Shown: positions 15,961 through 26,306 of the stretch, one piece after another | Numbering within the stretch: position 1 is the stretch's first letter | Layout: every line of letters starts with the position of its first letter | NCBI GenBank assembly: GCA_964654445.1 | Contig: CAZZIS010000004.1 | Span: forward strand, 2,898-66,897 | Origin: an uncultured Thioalkalispiraceae bacterium | GTDB lineage: Bacteria; Pseudomonadota; Gammaproteobacteria; UBA6429; Thiohalophilaceae | Length of the DNA: 64,000 nucleotides | Direction of reading: 5' to 3' | Translations under genes and position numbers: made by a program | Notes under the pieces: generated by a model | The model's database searches: none | What the model was told of the DNA's origin: nothing | Seen by the model: only the letters and a program-made list of their open reading frames with translations

Positions 15961-18222
15961 ATGAATAATAAAAAAGATCACTGGCGCTTAAAATGGCTTA
16001 GCGCGCCATTAATGAAGCTATTCCGAAAAGTGACACCGACAATGTCACGCACTGAACAAGAAGCGCTGGAAGCGGGATCAGTCTGGTGGGATGGTGAACT
16101 TTTTAGTGGAAAGCCTCAATGGAATAAACTTCTCTCATTACCTGCTCCGTCTCTTAGTAAAGAAGAACAGGCCTTCATGGATGGCCCGGTAAATACTTTA
16201 TGTAATATGTTGGATGACTGGCAAATTACACAAGAAGATAAAGATCTACCTGAAGATGTTTGGCAGTATATTAAAGATAATGGCTTTTTTAGCATGATTA
16301 TACCCAAGCACTATGGCGGTAAAGATTTCTCTGCTTATGCACATTCACAAGTGGTTATGAAAATTTCAACCCGTAGTATATCGACTGCGGTTACAGTAAT
16401 GGTACCCAACTCACTGGGGCCCGGTAAATTATTACTGGAATATGGTACTGAAGAACAAAAAGATCATTACCTGCCTCGTTTAGCTAAAGGTGAAGAAGTC
16501 CCCTGCTTTGCTTTAACCAATCCACATGCTGGTAGTGATGCCGGCGCTATTCCTGATTTTGGTATTGTTTGCAAAGAAAAGTTTGATGGAAAAAAAGATG
16601 TGTTGGGTATTCGCTTAAATTGGGACAAACGTTATATAACACTTGGCCCTGTTGCAACATTGCTTGGGCTTGCTTTTAAACTTTATGATCCGGATCATCT
16701 TCTGGGTGAAGAAGAAGAGATTGGTATCACTCTGGCACTTATTCCGACAGATACTAAAGGTGTTGAAATTGGTAATCGTCACTTCCCATTAAATATGGTT
16801 TTCATGAATGGTCCAAATTATGGTAAAGATGTTTTTATCCCTATGGACTGGGTGATTGGTGGAATTAAGCAGACGGGCCAGGGCTGGCGTATGTTGATGG
16901 AATGTCTATCAGATGGACGTGCAATATCATTACCCGCCTTGAGTACCGGCGCAGGTAAGCTGGCAAGTTTATCTGTGGGTGCTTATTCCCGCGTACGTCA
17001 GCAATTCAAAATGCCGATTGGAAAATTTGAAGGCGTTGAAGAGGCCCTGGCACGTATTGGTGGTTTAACCTATATTATGGATGCATCACGTTCGTTAACA
17101 TTGGCTGCATTAGATAATGGTGAAAGTCCGTCGGTTATCTCTGCCGTAGTAAAATATCATTTAACGGAGAGTATGCGTAAAGTCGTTAATGATGCCATGG
17201 ATGTTTTAGGTGGAGCAGGAATTTGTCTTGGTCCTAAAAATATTATGGGTCGGGCTTATCAGGCTATTCCAATCAGCATTACTGTTGAAGGAGCAAATAT
17301 TCTCACTCGCTCGATGATTATTTTTGGCCAGGGTGCCATTCGTAGTCATCCTTTTATCTATAAGGAGCTGGAATCTTTATCAGAACATGACGAAAATAAA
17401 GCCCTGGAACAATTTGATCGAGCCTTGTTTGGTCATGCAAGTTTCTTTATAACAAATACAATTCGTTGTTTTTTTAATGGCGTGACGAATGCCTTGTTTA
17501 TTCGAGCTCCTTCTCGAGCTAACAGGAAAGTTAAACGCTATTATAAACAAGCAACAAGGATGAGCGCTTCATTTGCCCTGGTTACTGATATTTCTTTAAT
17601 GATCCTGGGTGGTTCACTAAAACGACGTGAAAAAATATCGGCCCGTTTAGGTGATATTCTCAGTCATCTTTATATGCTTTCTGCAGTGTTAAAACATTAC
17701 CAGGATCAGGGTGAACATGAGTCAGACTTACCGTTTGTTCATTGGGCTTGTCAGTATAATTTACAACGTATTCAAACTGCCTTTAATGGGTTTTTACATA
17801 ATTTTCCAAACCGGCCTATTGCATTGTTATTACGCTGGATTATTTTCCCCTGGGGACGTCTTTATGCACCACCCAATGACAAGTTAGGTCATGAGATTTC
17901 TAAATTATTGATTAACCCTTCCGAAATGCGTAACCGTTTAACTGCAGGTGTGTTTATTCCTGAAAATGAAAATGAAGCGATAACACAACTTGAAATCGCT
18001 TTCCTTAAAGTTGTTGATGCTGCACATTTAGAAAAAAAGATTCGTTCATTTCAAAAAGCATTTAAACCTGAATATGCAGGGTATGAAGTGATGCTAAAAG
18101 CCGCATTAGAAGAAGGTATCATTGATAAGGATGAAGAATCCATTCTGCAACAGGCTAACGAAGCCCGTACAAAAGTAATTGGTGTTGATGATTTTACTTT
18201 TGACTTATCGAGAAAAAAATAA
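15961..18222 (+). CDS. fadE: acyl-CoA dehydrogenase, FadE type
   Basis: MNNKKDHWRLKWLSAPLMKLFRKVTPTMSRTEQEALEAGSVWWDGELFSGKPQW aligns with the E. coli FadE region ...[29 protein letters not shown]. An ACAD core follows. The track start at 15928 is TTG; I prefer the ATG at 15961, which has an AAGGA ribosome-binding site. Confidence 0.9.
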   Translation: MNNKKDHWRLKWLSAPLMKLFRKVTPTMSRTEQEALEAGSVWWDGELFSGKPQWNKLLSLPAPSLSKEEQAFMDGPVNTLCNMLDDWQITQEDKDLPEDVWQYIKDNGFFSMIIPKHYGGKDFSAYAHSQVVMKISTRSISTAVTVMVPNSLGPGKLLLEYGTEEQKDHYLPRLAKGEEVPCFALTNPHAGSDAGAIPDFGIVCKEKFDGKKDVLGIRLNWDKRYITLGPVATLLGLAFKLYDPDHLLGEEEEIGITLALIPTDTKGVEIGNRHFPLNMVFMNGPNYGKDVFIPMDWVIGGIKQTGQGWRMLMECLSDGRAISLPALSTGAGKLASLSVGAYSRVRQQFKMPIGKFEGVEEALARIGGLTYIMDASRSLTLAALDNGESPSVISAVVKYHLTESMRKVVNDAMDVLGGAGICLGPKNIMGRAYQAIPISITVEGANILTRSMIIFGQGAIRSHPFIYKELESLSEHDENKALEQFDRALFGHASFFITNTIRCFFNGVTNALFIRAPSRANRKVKRYYKQATRMSASFALVTDISLMILGGSLKRREKISARLGDILSHLYMLSAVLKHYQDQGEHESDLPFVHWACQYNLQRIQTAFNGFLHNFPNRPIALLLRWIIFPWGRLYAPPNDKLGHEISKLLINPSEMRNRLTAGVFIPENENEAITQLEIAFLKVVDAAHLEKKIRSFQKAFKPEYAGYEVMLKAALEEGIIDKDEESILQQANEARTKVIGVDDFTFDLSRKK

Positions 18223-18255
18223 ATATCCGGAAAGATAAATATAAGAGAAAAAATA

Positions 18256-19566
18256 ATGGATAGTCCAGAACAAAGAAAAAGTTTACCGAAACCGATATAT
18301 ATTGTTGATGGCAGTCGAACGCCATTTTTAAAAGCAAAAGGAAAACCTGGTGAATTTGCCGCGGTTGATCTTGCTTTAGGTTGTTCTCGCCCTTTACTGG
18401 CACGACAGCCTTTTTCAGCAGATCAACTTGATGAAGTGATTGTTGGTTGTATGATGCCAGGTCCCGATGAAGCAAATATTGCACGAATAATAGCATTACG
18501 ACTGGGATGTGGTAAAAAAGTTCCGGCCTGGACGGTACAACGCAATTGCGCATCGGGCATGCAAGCTCTGGATTCAGCCGCGAAAGATATCTCTTTAGGA
18601 CGGGCAAACCTTGTTCTTACTGGCGGTGTTGAAGCCATGAGTCATGCACCGGTCTTATTAAATAATGAGATGGTTGGTTGGTTAGGTCGCTTGGCGATGT
18701 CTAAAAAGCCAATGGACAAATTAAAAACGTTTGCAGCATTACGCCCTCGTCACCTTAAACCCATTATCGGTTTACTACGAGGTTTAACTGATCCGGTTGT
18801 CGGCTTGTCTATGGGACAAACTGCAGAAAATATCGCGCATCGTTTTAATATTGATCGTCTGACTATGGATACTTTTGCAGTACAAAGTCATCAACGGCTG
18901 GCAGCGGCACAAGAAGCCGGATTTTTTGATGAAATTGAAGCCTTGTATGATCTAAAAGGACATTCATTTTTAAATGATGATGGTGTTCGAACGGACTCTT
19001 CAGTAGAACGTTTAGCAAAACTTCGTCCTGTCTTTGATCGACATTTTGGTAATGTTACCGCAGGTAACAGTGCACAAATTACTGATGGTGCGGCAATGCT
19101 TTTGCTTGCAAGTGAAGAAGCGGTTAAAGAATTCAAGCTTCCTGTTATGGGTAAACTGATTGATAGTCACTGGGCAGGACTTGAGCCTGCACAAATGGGG
19201 CTTGGTCCTGTTCATTCAATTACACCCATTTTATCACGTAATGAGTTATCAATTGCTGATATTGATTACTGGGAAATAAACGAAGCCTTTGCTGCTCAAG
19301 TATTAGGTTGCCTGGCTGCCTGGCAAGATGAAGCATATTGTAAAGAGGAACTTGGTCTGGAAGCCGCCCTGGGAAAAGTTGATCAGAGTAAACTCAACAT
19401 AGATGGTGGTGGCGTAAGTTTAGGTCATCCTGTAGGTGCAAGTGGAGCACGAATTGTTCTGCATCTTTTAAATGTACTCAAGCGTAAGAAAGCGAAACGT
19501 GGTATCGCCAGCCTTTGTATCGGTGGTGGTCAGGGTGGCGCTATGTTGATAGAGCGTGGTAAATAA
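18256..19566 (+). CDS. fadI: acetyl-CoA C-acyltransferase (3-ketoacyl-CoA thiolase), FadI-like
   Basis: 436 aa. Active-site Cys in VQRNCASGMQAL and C-terminal SLCIGGGQGGAMLIERG. The thiolase-before-hydratase gene order matches fadIJ. Confidence 0.85.
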   Translation: MDSPEQRKSLPKPIYIVDGSRTPFLKAKGKPGEFAAVDLALGCSRPLLARQPFSADQLDEVIVGCMMPGPDEANIARIIALRLGCGKKVPAWTVQRNCASGMQALDSAAKDISLGRANLVLTGGVEAMSHAPVLLNNEMVGWLGRLAMSKKPMDKLKTFAALRPRHLKPIIGLLRGLTDPVVGLSMGQTAENIAHRFNIDRLTMDTFAVQSHQRLAAAQEAGFFDEIEALYDLKGHSFLNDDGVRTDSSVERLAKLRPVFDRHFGNVTAGNSAQITDGAAMLLLASEEAVKEFKLPVMGKLIDSHWAGLEPAQMGLGPVHSITPILSRNELSIADIDYWEINEAFAAQVLGCLAAWQDEAYCKEELGLEAALGKVDQSKLNIDGGGVSLGHPVGASGARIVLHLLNVLKRKKAKRGIASLCIGGGQGGAMLIERGK

Positions 19567-19594
19567 AAAGCTGGCTTAATTTAGAGAATATATA

Positions 19595-21631
19595 ATGACT
19601 AAGAAAAAATATAAAAACTGGAAAGTAGAACATGATAATGATGATATTGCCTGGTTACATCTGGATGTGCCTAAAAGTAGTGCTAATGTTCTTAATGAAC
19701 AGGTCATTAGTGAGCTTGATTCTATAGTTAATGAGTTACTTGATAAAACACCAACCGGCGTCGTTATTCTGTCAGATAAGGAAAGTGGTTTTATTGCGGG
19801 TGCAGACATTAATGAATTTACAACGTTTGAATCTGAGGAAGCAGCGCTGGAAAATATTCAGCGTGCCCATACAATTTTCAATAATATAGAAAATCTAAGC
19901 TGCCCCACTGTTGCCCTGATTCATGGTTTTTGTTTGGGTGGTGGTATGGAACTCGCTCTTGCCTGTCGCTATCGAATTGCGGAAGAAGACTCATCACGTT
20001 TAGGTTTACCTGAAGTCAAATTAGGTATTCACCCCGGTTTTGGCGGTACAGTAAGAAGTATTGAAAGAATGGGAAGTTTTTCTGCGTTAGATTTAATTTT
20101 AACGGGTCGAACATTAAAAGCACGGCAGGCTAAAAAAGCACGCTTAATCAATTATGCAGTACCTGAACGTCATTTAATTACAGCAGCAAAACAAACGGTT
20201 CTTAAACCTCCAAAAATACCAGCATTACCCTGGTGGGAAAAAATTGTTAATCACCGTTTGGTTCGTCCTTTTGTTGCAAAAATGATGATTAAAAAAATCT
20301 CTGCGCGCGCTGCTCGATCTCATTACCCTGCTCCATACGCCATTATAGATTTATGGTTGAAACATTTAAATAATCGTACGCGAATGCTTGAAGAAGAAGC
20401 AAAATCTATTGCTCATTTGCTCGTTGGAAAAACAGCGCAAAATCTTATTCGTATCTATAAACTCACTGATCAACTTAAAGGTTTGGCCAAGGATAAATCG
20501 ATTGTCATTAATCACATTCATGTGATTGGTGGTGGCGTTATGGGCGGTGATATTGCTATCTGGTGTGCTTTACAGGGCTATAGCGTTACTTTGCAAGATC
20601 AACGTCACGATACCCTGGCGGCGGTGATAAAACGTGCTGCAAAACTGTATAAACGCCTGCTTAAACAAAAACGTCTGGTTAATAGTGCCTTAGACCGTTT
20701 AACACCGGATATTAAGGGTAACGGACTTGTAAATGCTGACGTTGTTATTGAAGCAATTTTTGAAGATGCAGAAGTTAAATGTAATTTATTTAAGGAGATA
20801 GAACCAAAATTAAAAAGAACCGCAATTATTGCAACAAACACATCAAGCATTCCTCTTGAACAATTATCGGGTTCATTAAAAAAACCTGATCGCCTGGTAG
20901 GATTACATTTTTTTAATCCGGTATCAAAAATGCCATTAGTTGAAATTGTTGTAGGTGAAAAAACCAGTAAAAAAGCACAACAAGTAGCTACTACTTTAAC
21001 GAAAAAAATTAAAAAACTACCCTTACCAGTTACAAGTACTCCTGGTTTTCTGGTTAATCGTATTCTCATGCCTTACCTGACAGAGGCCGTTACTTTATTT
21101 GAAGAAGGTGTCCCGATTACTGTAATTGATAAAATTGCCTTGCAGTTTGGAATGCCGATGGGACCAATAGAACTAGCAGATACCGTTGGTCTCGATATAT
21201 GTCTTCATGTGGCTGAAAATTTGGCAGAATCAATGCCTATAACCGTTTCTGAACATTTACGCGATCTGGTGAATAAAAAAATACTCGGTAAAAAAACAGG
21301 AAAAGGATTTTATGTTTTTAAAAAAGGAAAGTTGGTTAAACCAAAAATCAGAAGTAATTATACTCCACCAGGTGATGTTAAAGAACGGCTTATTCTAAGA
21401 ATGATTAATGAAACCATGGCTTGCCTACGTGAACATGTTGCAGATTCAAAAGATTTAATTGATGCAGGTATTATTTTTGGCACAGGTTTTGCGCCATTCC
21501 TCGGTGGTCCTCTGCAGTACGTTAAGGATCGTGGTCAGGAACAAGTGTTAATGGCGTTGGAGAATCTTGAGAAAGTTCATGGTCCTCGATTTAAACCTGA
21601 TGATGGTTGGAAAACAATTGTGATTGAGTAA
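19595..21631 (+). CDS. fadJ: multifunctional enoyl-CoA hydratase / 3-hydroxyacyl-CoA dehydrogenase, FadJ/FadB-like
   Basis: 678 aa. Crotonase domain (GFIAGADINEF, GFCLGGGMELALAC), then an NAD Rossmann fold (VIGGGVMGGDIA) and the 3HCDH C-terminal domain. Confidence 0.88.
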   Translation: MTKKKYKNWKVEHDNDDIAWLHLDVPKSSANVLNEQVISELDSIVNELLDKTPTGVVILSDKESGFIAGADINEFTTFESEEAALENIQRAHTIFNNIENLSCPTVALIHGFCLGGGMELALACRYRIAEEDSSRLGLPEVKLGIHPGFGGTVRSIERMGSFSALDLILTGRTLKARQAKKARLINYAVPERHLITAAKQTVLKPPKIPALPWWEKIVNHRLVRPFVAKMMIKKISARAARSHYPAPYAIIDLWLKHLNNRTRMLEEEAKSIAHLLVGKTAQNLIRIYKLTDQLKGLAKDKSIVINHIHVIGGGVMGGDIAIWCALQGYSVTLQDQRHDTLAAVIKRAAKLYKRLLKQKRLVNSALDRLTPDIKGNGLVNADVVIEAIFEDAEVKCNLFKEIEPKLKRTAIIATNTSSIPLEQLSGSLKKPDRLVGLHFFNPVSKMPLVEIVVGEKTSKKAQQVATTLTKKIKKLPLPVTSTPGFLVNRILMPYLTEAVTLFEEGVPITVIDKIALQFGMPMGPIELADTVGLDICLHVAENLAESMPITVSEHLRDLVNKKILGKKTGKGFYVFKKGKLVKPKIRSNYTPPGDVKERLILRMINETMACLREHVADSKDLIDAGIIFGTGFAPFLGGPLQYVKDRGQEQVLMALENLEKVHGPRFKPDDGWKTIVIE

Positions 21632-21634
21632 ATT

Positions 21635-23446
21635 ATGAAAAATAAGCAGGATTACATAACACCCGTTACAGCAAACAACCTTTCAGATTTATTCTACGAG
21701 CGGGTTAAACGATCAGCAAACAACGTTGCATATCGTTATTATGATGATAACGAGAAAATCTGGAAAGATTTAACCTGGCTTGATATGTCAAAAAAAGTTG
21801 AGCTCTGGCATACAGCATTTCGCCATGAAGGTTTGCTCAAAGGTGATCGTGTTGCCATTATGATGAGCAACTGCCCTGATTGGGTGGTGTTTGATCAAGC
21901 AGCGTATAGCCTTGGGCTTGTTGTTGTACCTGTTTATACCAATGATCGTACTGAAAATATTCGATTTATTCTGGAAAATGCTAACGTTAAATTGTTTTTT
22001 ATTGAAGATCCCACTCATTGTAAAGACTTATTAACAGATGCTGCATTGTTTGATAAGCCGGGGTTTAAAGAACTCTTACGAATCGTTACGCCAAAATCAA
22101 TTGATGGATATAATAATCCGCATTTAGTGAATGTTGAAAACTGGCTTCCCTCCTACACTGAAACTATAGAACGCGTAAGTATTAAAGCCGATGAACTAGC
22201 AACACTTGTGTATACCTCAGGTACAACAGGACGACCTAAAGGTGTCATGTTAAGCCATAATAATATTTTTTCTAATGCACATTCAGGTGCAATTTTTGAA
22301 TATTTTGACAGTGATGATGTTTTTCTTTCTTTCCTTCCCTTATCGCATATGTTTGAACGAACTGCAGGTTATTACATGCCGATGGTCATTGGTGCAAAAG
22401 TCGCATATGCCCGTTCTATAGAAAAACTGGGGGAAGATTTAATATCCATTAGTCCCACAATATTAGTTACTGTGCCACGTATTTTTGAACGTGTTTACAA
22501 CAAGATATATGATCAACTATCTAATAAGTCAGTCATTGCTCAGGGTTTGTTTAAACTTGCCGTTCAGGTTGGTTGGGCACGTTTTTTAGTGCAGCAAAAA
22601 CGACAGAACTGGCATCCAAAATTATTGTTATGGCCTATCCTGAATAAACTGGTTGCAGGTAAGATTTTAGCAAAACTTGGAGGAAAGCTTCGTATTGCTG
22701 TATCTGGTGGTGCAGCACTTGCTCCTGAAATTGCTAAAACATTTATTGGACTTGGTTTAACTATCTCACAGGGATATGGATTAACTGAAACCAGCCCAAT
22801 CGTTTGCACTAATAAATTGAGTAATAATGACCCGTTTAGTGTTGGTCAAACATTGGCTAATGTCGAAGTTAAGTTAGGAGAGAATGACGAGCTCCTGGTG
22901 AAGGGGCCAACGGTAATGTTAGGTTACTGGGACAATGAAGCAGCTACAAAAGAAGTAATTGATACTGAAGGCTGGTTCCATACGGGTGACAAAGCAAAAA
23001 TAGAAAAGGGTCATATTTATATTACTGGCCGCATAAAAGAAATTATTGTTTTATCTAATGGCGAGAAAGTCCCGCCTTCAGATATTGAACTGGCAATTGG
23101 CAGTGATCCCTTGTTTGAGCAAGTTATTGTTATTGGTGAAGCTAAACCTTTTCTTTCAGCGATTATTACAATGGAAAAAATTAACTGGTATAAGTTTGCA
23201 TCCGATCTGTCTGTGCCAGAAGATGAAGCTTCACTTAAGATCGATAAAGTTAAAGCTATTTTTATTGATCGAATTAACAAACAGCTGGCTGCTTTTCCCG
23301 GTTATGCAAAAATTATACAGGCTCACATTGTATTAGAACCATGGGTTATTGAAGATGGTTTAATTACACCGACCTTGAAATTAAAAAGAGAAAAAATTTG
23401 TGAGAAATATGAGAAAGAAATAGCCGAGTTTTATCATGGCCACTGA
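21635..23446 (+). CDS. long-chain fatty-acid--CoA ligase (AMP-forming)
   Basis: 603 aa. AMP-binding motifs LVYTSGTTGRPKGVMLSHNN, QGYGLTETSP and WFHTGDKA. Confidence 0.88.
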   Translation: MKNKQDYITPVTANNLSDLFYERVKRSANNVAYRYYDDNEKIWKDLTWLDMSKKVELWHTAFRHEGLLKGDRVAIMMSNCPDWVVFDQAAYSLGLVVVPVYTNDRTENIRFILENANVKLFFIEDPTHCKDLLTDAALFDKPGFKELLRIVTPKSIDGYNNPHLVNVENWLPSYTETIERVSIKADELATLVYTSGTTGRPKGVMLSHNNIFSNAHSGAIFEYFDSDDVFLSFLPLSHMFERTAGYYMPMVIGAKVAYARSIEKLGEDLISISPTILVTVPRIFERVYNKIYDQLSNKSVIAQGLFKLAVQVGWARFLVQQKRQNWHPKLLLWPILNKLVAGKILAKLGGKLRIAVSGGAALAPEIAKTFIGLGLTISQGYGLTETSPIVCTNKLSNNDPFSVGQTLANVEVKLGENDELLVKGPTVMLGYWDNEAATKEVIDTEGWFHTGDKAKIEKGHIYITGRIKEIIVLSNGEKVPPSDIELAIGSDPLFEQVIVIGEAKPFLSAIITMEKINWYKFASDLSVPEDEASLKIDKVKAIFIDRINKQLAAFPGYAKIIQAHIVLEPWVIEDGLITPTLKLKREKICEKYEKEIAEFYHGH

Positions 23447-23825
23447 AATTATTAAACAACCGGAAATTAGAGTTTTACCTATGCCCTCTGATACAAATGC
23501 ATCAGGTGACATTTTTGGTGGCTGGCTCATGTCTCAGGTTGATATTGCCGGTAGTATAGCTGCACACAGACGTGTTGGAAATCGAGTAGTCACTATTTCG
23601 GTAAACGAGTTTTTATTTATTAAACCGGTGTTAGTGGGTGATTTGGTCAGTATTTATGCAGATATTGTGCATATCGGAAATACATCAATACGCATTGCTC
23701 TCGAAGTTATGACCGAATCTGAACGAGGAAAAAATAAGGCTCAGAAAGTAGCTGAAGCTGTACTTACCTATGTTTCACTGGATGAAAACAAACAGCCGAA
23801 AAAAATTAAGCGTAACGTAAATTAA
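23436..23825 (+). CDS. yciA: acyl-CoA thioester hydrolase, YciA-type hot-dog fold
   Basis: The sequence LPMPSDTNASGDIFGGWLMSQVDIAGSIAA closely matches E. coli YciA (LAMPADTNANGDIFGGWLMSQMDIGG). It overlaps the ligase gene by 11 nt. Confidence 0.85.
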   Translation: MATEIIKQPEIRVLPMPSDTNASGDIFGGWLMSQVDIAGSIAAHRRVGNRVVTISVNEFLFIKPVLVGDLVSIYADIVHIGNTSIRIALEVMTESERGKNKAQKVAEAVLTYVSLDENKQPKKIKRNVN

Positions 23826-23878
23826 TAAAACTGGCCTTATAGGTAACAACAAAACTATATTTAAAATACTAATTATTT

Positions 23879-24949
23879 ATGAGCTTACCTTTTGACAGTA
23901 AAAAACTTCGCCACTTTATTCCTTTATCTGAAATATCACCGGATAATTTTAATGAGCTGGTAAAAAATATTTCAGTTAAAACATTACCTGCTGGAAAAAC
24001 ATTATTTAATCGAGGAGATCAGGATAGTTTCACCTACTACCTGTTAAATGGCGAGCTCGAACTTATTGATGCTGACGAAAATAAATCTACATTAACATCA
24101 AAATCAAAACAATGCCGATTCCCTTTAGAACATCATATACCACGACAAAAAACAGCCATAAGCAAAACAGACATACATTACTTTATAATAAATAATGACA
24201 TACTTGATGTCTTGTTAACGTGGGATCAAAATAAAAGCTACGTCGTGAATGAAATTGGTAGTGATACAGATTCTCCTGATGATAATGACTGGATGACTCA
24301 ATTATTACAGCTTGATATTTTTCATAAAATTCCTCCTGCTAATATTCAAACTATGTTTCAACGTATACAGTCTCTGCCCGTAAAAAAAGATGAGGTTATT
24401 ATAAATCAGGGGGATAAAGGTGATTTTTATTATATTATCAGGTCAGGTAGTTGCCGCGTAATATGTAATGCAGAAGAAACCGGTAATAAAGAACTTAAAA
24501 TCGCAGACATTGAGGCAGGAAAAGGTTTTGGAGAAGATGCATTGATTTCTGATGTTCCACGTAATGCAACTATTATTATGAATACGGATGGAATGCTTAT
24601 GCGCCTGGCAAAAGATGATTTTATTGAGTTGTTGAAAGAACCAGTACTTAAATCTGTATATTTTAAAGAAGCAGAAGCCATGATTAAAGATGGTGCGATC
24701 TGGCTGGATGTTCGTTTAAACAGTGAACATCAAAACAAAAAAATACCAGGTAGTATTAATATTCCCCTTTTTCTTTTACGTTTAAATGCTGACAAGTTGT
24801 CGGACAAACATAAATATATTGTCTATTGTGATACCGGTAGCCGTAGTGCTTCAGCCACTTATATTCTTAATGAGCGTGGTTATGATGCTTATTTACTGCA
24901 AGGTGGTTTAATCGAAACTTCAGCACAAACTGAAGAAAGTGTAGCTTAA
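23879..24949 (+). CDS. protein with two cyclic-nucleotide-binding domains and a C-terminal rhodanese domain
   Basis: 356 aa. Two cNMP beta-roll signatures (LFNRGDQDSFTYYLLNGELEL; INQGDKGDFYYIIRSGSCRV...GFGEDALISDVPRNATI). The C-terminal rhodanese has the active-site loop YIVYCDTGSRSA. Confidence 0.75.
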   Translation: MSLPFDSKKLRHFIPLSEISPDNFNELVKNISVKTLPAGKTLFNRGDQDSFTYYLLNGELELIDADENKSTLTSKSKQCRFPLEHHIPRQKTAISKTDIHYFIINNDILDVLLTWDQNKSYVVNEIGSDTDSPDDNDWMTQLLQLDIFHKIPPANIQTMFQRIQSLPVKKDEVIINQGDKGDFYYIIRSGSCRVICNAEETGNKELKIADIEAGKGFGEDALISDVPRNATIIMNTDGMLMRLAKDDFIELLKEPVLKSVYFKEAEAMIKDGAIWLDVRLNSEHQNKKIPGSINIPLFLLRLNADKLSDKHKYIVYCDTGSRSASATYILNERGYDAYLLQGGLIETSAQTEESVA

Positions 24950-25074
24950 ATACTAAATTTGCAGGTCGGTTTCAGGACGACGGGCGTAGTAAAACGAAAC
25001 TACACATTTAACTGTAAAACGGTAGGATATTCGATAACTACAGTTGTTTTTCTAATACGATGAAATCTATGTTG

Positions 25075-25854
25075 TTATGTTAACTCACCAAACAAACTGA
25101 AATAATTTTTTGTAGTTTGCTCGGCTACTTCTTCTATGGAAATATCACGCAATTCTGCAATTTTTTCTGCAACGTGTATGACATATGCTGGCTGGTTGCT
25201 TTTTCCACGAAAAGGAACGGGAGCAAGATAAGGAGAATCTGTTTCAATTAACATTTTATCTTGTGGAACATTTTTAGCAACAAGTTGTAAATCTTTAGCA
25301 TTTTTAAACGTCACGATACCCGAAAATGAAATAACAAAATTTAAATCCAGTGCTTTTTGCGCGATTTCCCAGTCTTCAACAAAACAATGCATCACACCAC
25401 CGACTTCATCTGCTTTTTCTTCTTTGAGTATACGTAAAGTATCTTCAGTTGCATCACGCATATGAATAATCAATGGTTTTTTTGTTTCTTTCGATGCGTG
25501 AATGTGACGACGAAATCGATCTTGTTGCCAGCTCAAGTCACCTTCACTGCGAAAGTAATCCAGGCCCGTTTCTCCAATTGCTACAATATTTTTGTCATCA
25601 GCCAAGGTGATTAGTTCATCTGCATCAGGATCATGTCCATCCGTTTCATTGGGATGGACTCCAACTGAAGCAGAAATAAAATCATATTTTTTTGCAGTAC
25701 CAATTACTGCATTAAAGTTTTCCATGTTTATCGAAACACATAACATATGACCTACACCTGCTTCATTAGCATAAGTCAGCGCATTTTCAAGTTTGTTATC
25801 GTAGTGTGTTAAATCAAGTCGATCGAGATGGCAATGGGAATCGATTAAAAACAT
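25075..25854 (-). CDS. tatD: TatD-family metal-dependent hydrolase (YcfH-type)
   Basis: MFLIDSHCHLD..., IGETGLDYF and an IHMRDA-type His motif. It sits downstream of holB/pilZ, as in Pseudomonas. Confidence 0.88.
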   Translation of the reverse strand: MFLIDSHCHLDRLDLTHYDNKLENALTYANEAGVGHMLCVSINMENFNAVIGTAKKYDFISASVGVHPNETDGHDPDADELITLADDKNIVAIGETGLDYFRSEGDLSWQQDRFRRHIHASKETKKPLIIHMRDATEDTLRILKEEKADEVGGVMHCFVEDWEIAQKALDLNFVISFSGIVTFKNAKDLQLVAKNVPQDKMLIETDSPYLAPVPFRGKSNQPAYVIHVAEKIAELRDISIEEVAEQTTKNYFSLFGELT

Positions 25855-25883
25855 TATTTTTCACTTTATTTAGTTAACAAATA

Positions 25884-25909
25884 AAAGTCGGGCTAAAAAG
25901 CCCGACTTT
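25884..25909 (-). terminator. rho-independent terminator after pilZ (stem AAAGTCGGGC / GCCCGACTTT)
   Basis: 10-bp perfect stem with a 6-nt loop, followed on the minus strand by TTTTATTTGTT. Confidence 0.65.
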
Positions 25910-25931
25910 ATAATTTATATAATCAGAAAAT

Positions 25932-26282
25932 TTACATCGTGTGTGTTTGACGATCAGATTTCAAAGCACCTGCCAGGTAAGTTTCAATTTTAGTCCGTGC
26001 AGCACCACCATCCTGATCGCTAAATTGAACGCCAATTCCGGCGGCACGATTACCTTGTGCGCCTTTTGGTGTGACCCAGATAATTTTACCGGCTACAGGG
26101 AGTTTTTCTGTTTCTTCCATTAAGGTTAAAAGCATAAAGACTTCATCGCCTAATCCATAACTTTTATTAGTAGGAATAAAAAGACCACCATTTTTTACAA
26201 AGGGCATATAAGCGGCGTAAAGTGCACTTTTGTCTTTAATAGTCAGGGATAGAATACCTTGTCTTCCCGCGGGTGCTGCCAT
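25932..26282 (-). CDS. pilZ: PilZ-domain protein (type IV pilus assembly PilZ-like)
   Basis: 116 aa. Size and position (between holB and tatD) match P. aeruginosa pilZ. The sequence ...LSLTIKDKSALYAAYMPFVKNGGLFIPT... is typical of that family. Confidence 0.75.
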   Translation of the reverse strand: MAAPAGRQGILSLTIKDKSALYAAYMPFVKNGGLFIPTNKSYGLGDEVFMLLTLMEETEKLPVAGKIIWVTPKGAQGNRAAGIGVQFSDQDGGAARTKIETYLAGALKSDRQTHTM

Positions 26283-26306
26283 ATTTATTATCCTGATTTA
26301 TTCTAT

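Noticed and set aside
18194-18607. 137-aa minus-strand ORF spanning the fadE/thiolase junction, plus other antisense ORFs inside fad genes (18423-18638, 18891-19215, 20605-21069, 21788-22018, 22564-22809, 23017-23280).
   Set aside because: All are embedded antisense in strongly supported plus-strand genes with clear catalytic motifs, and their sequences are low-complexity.
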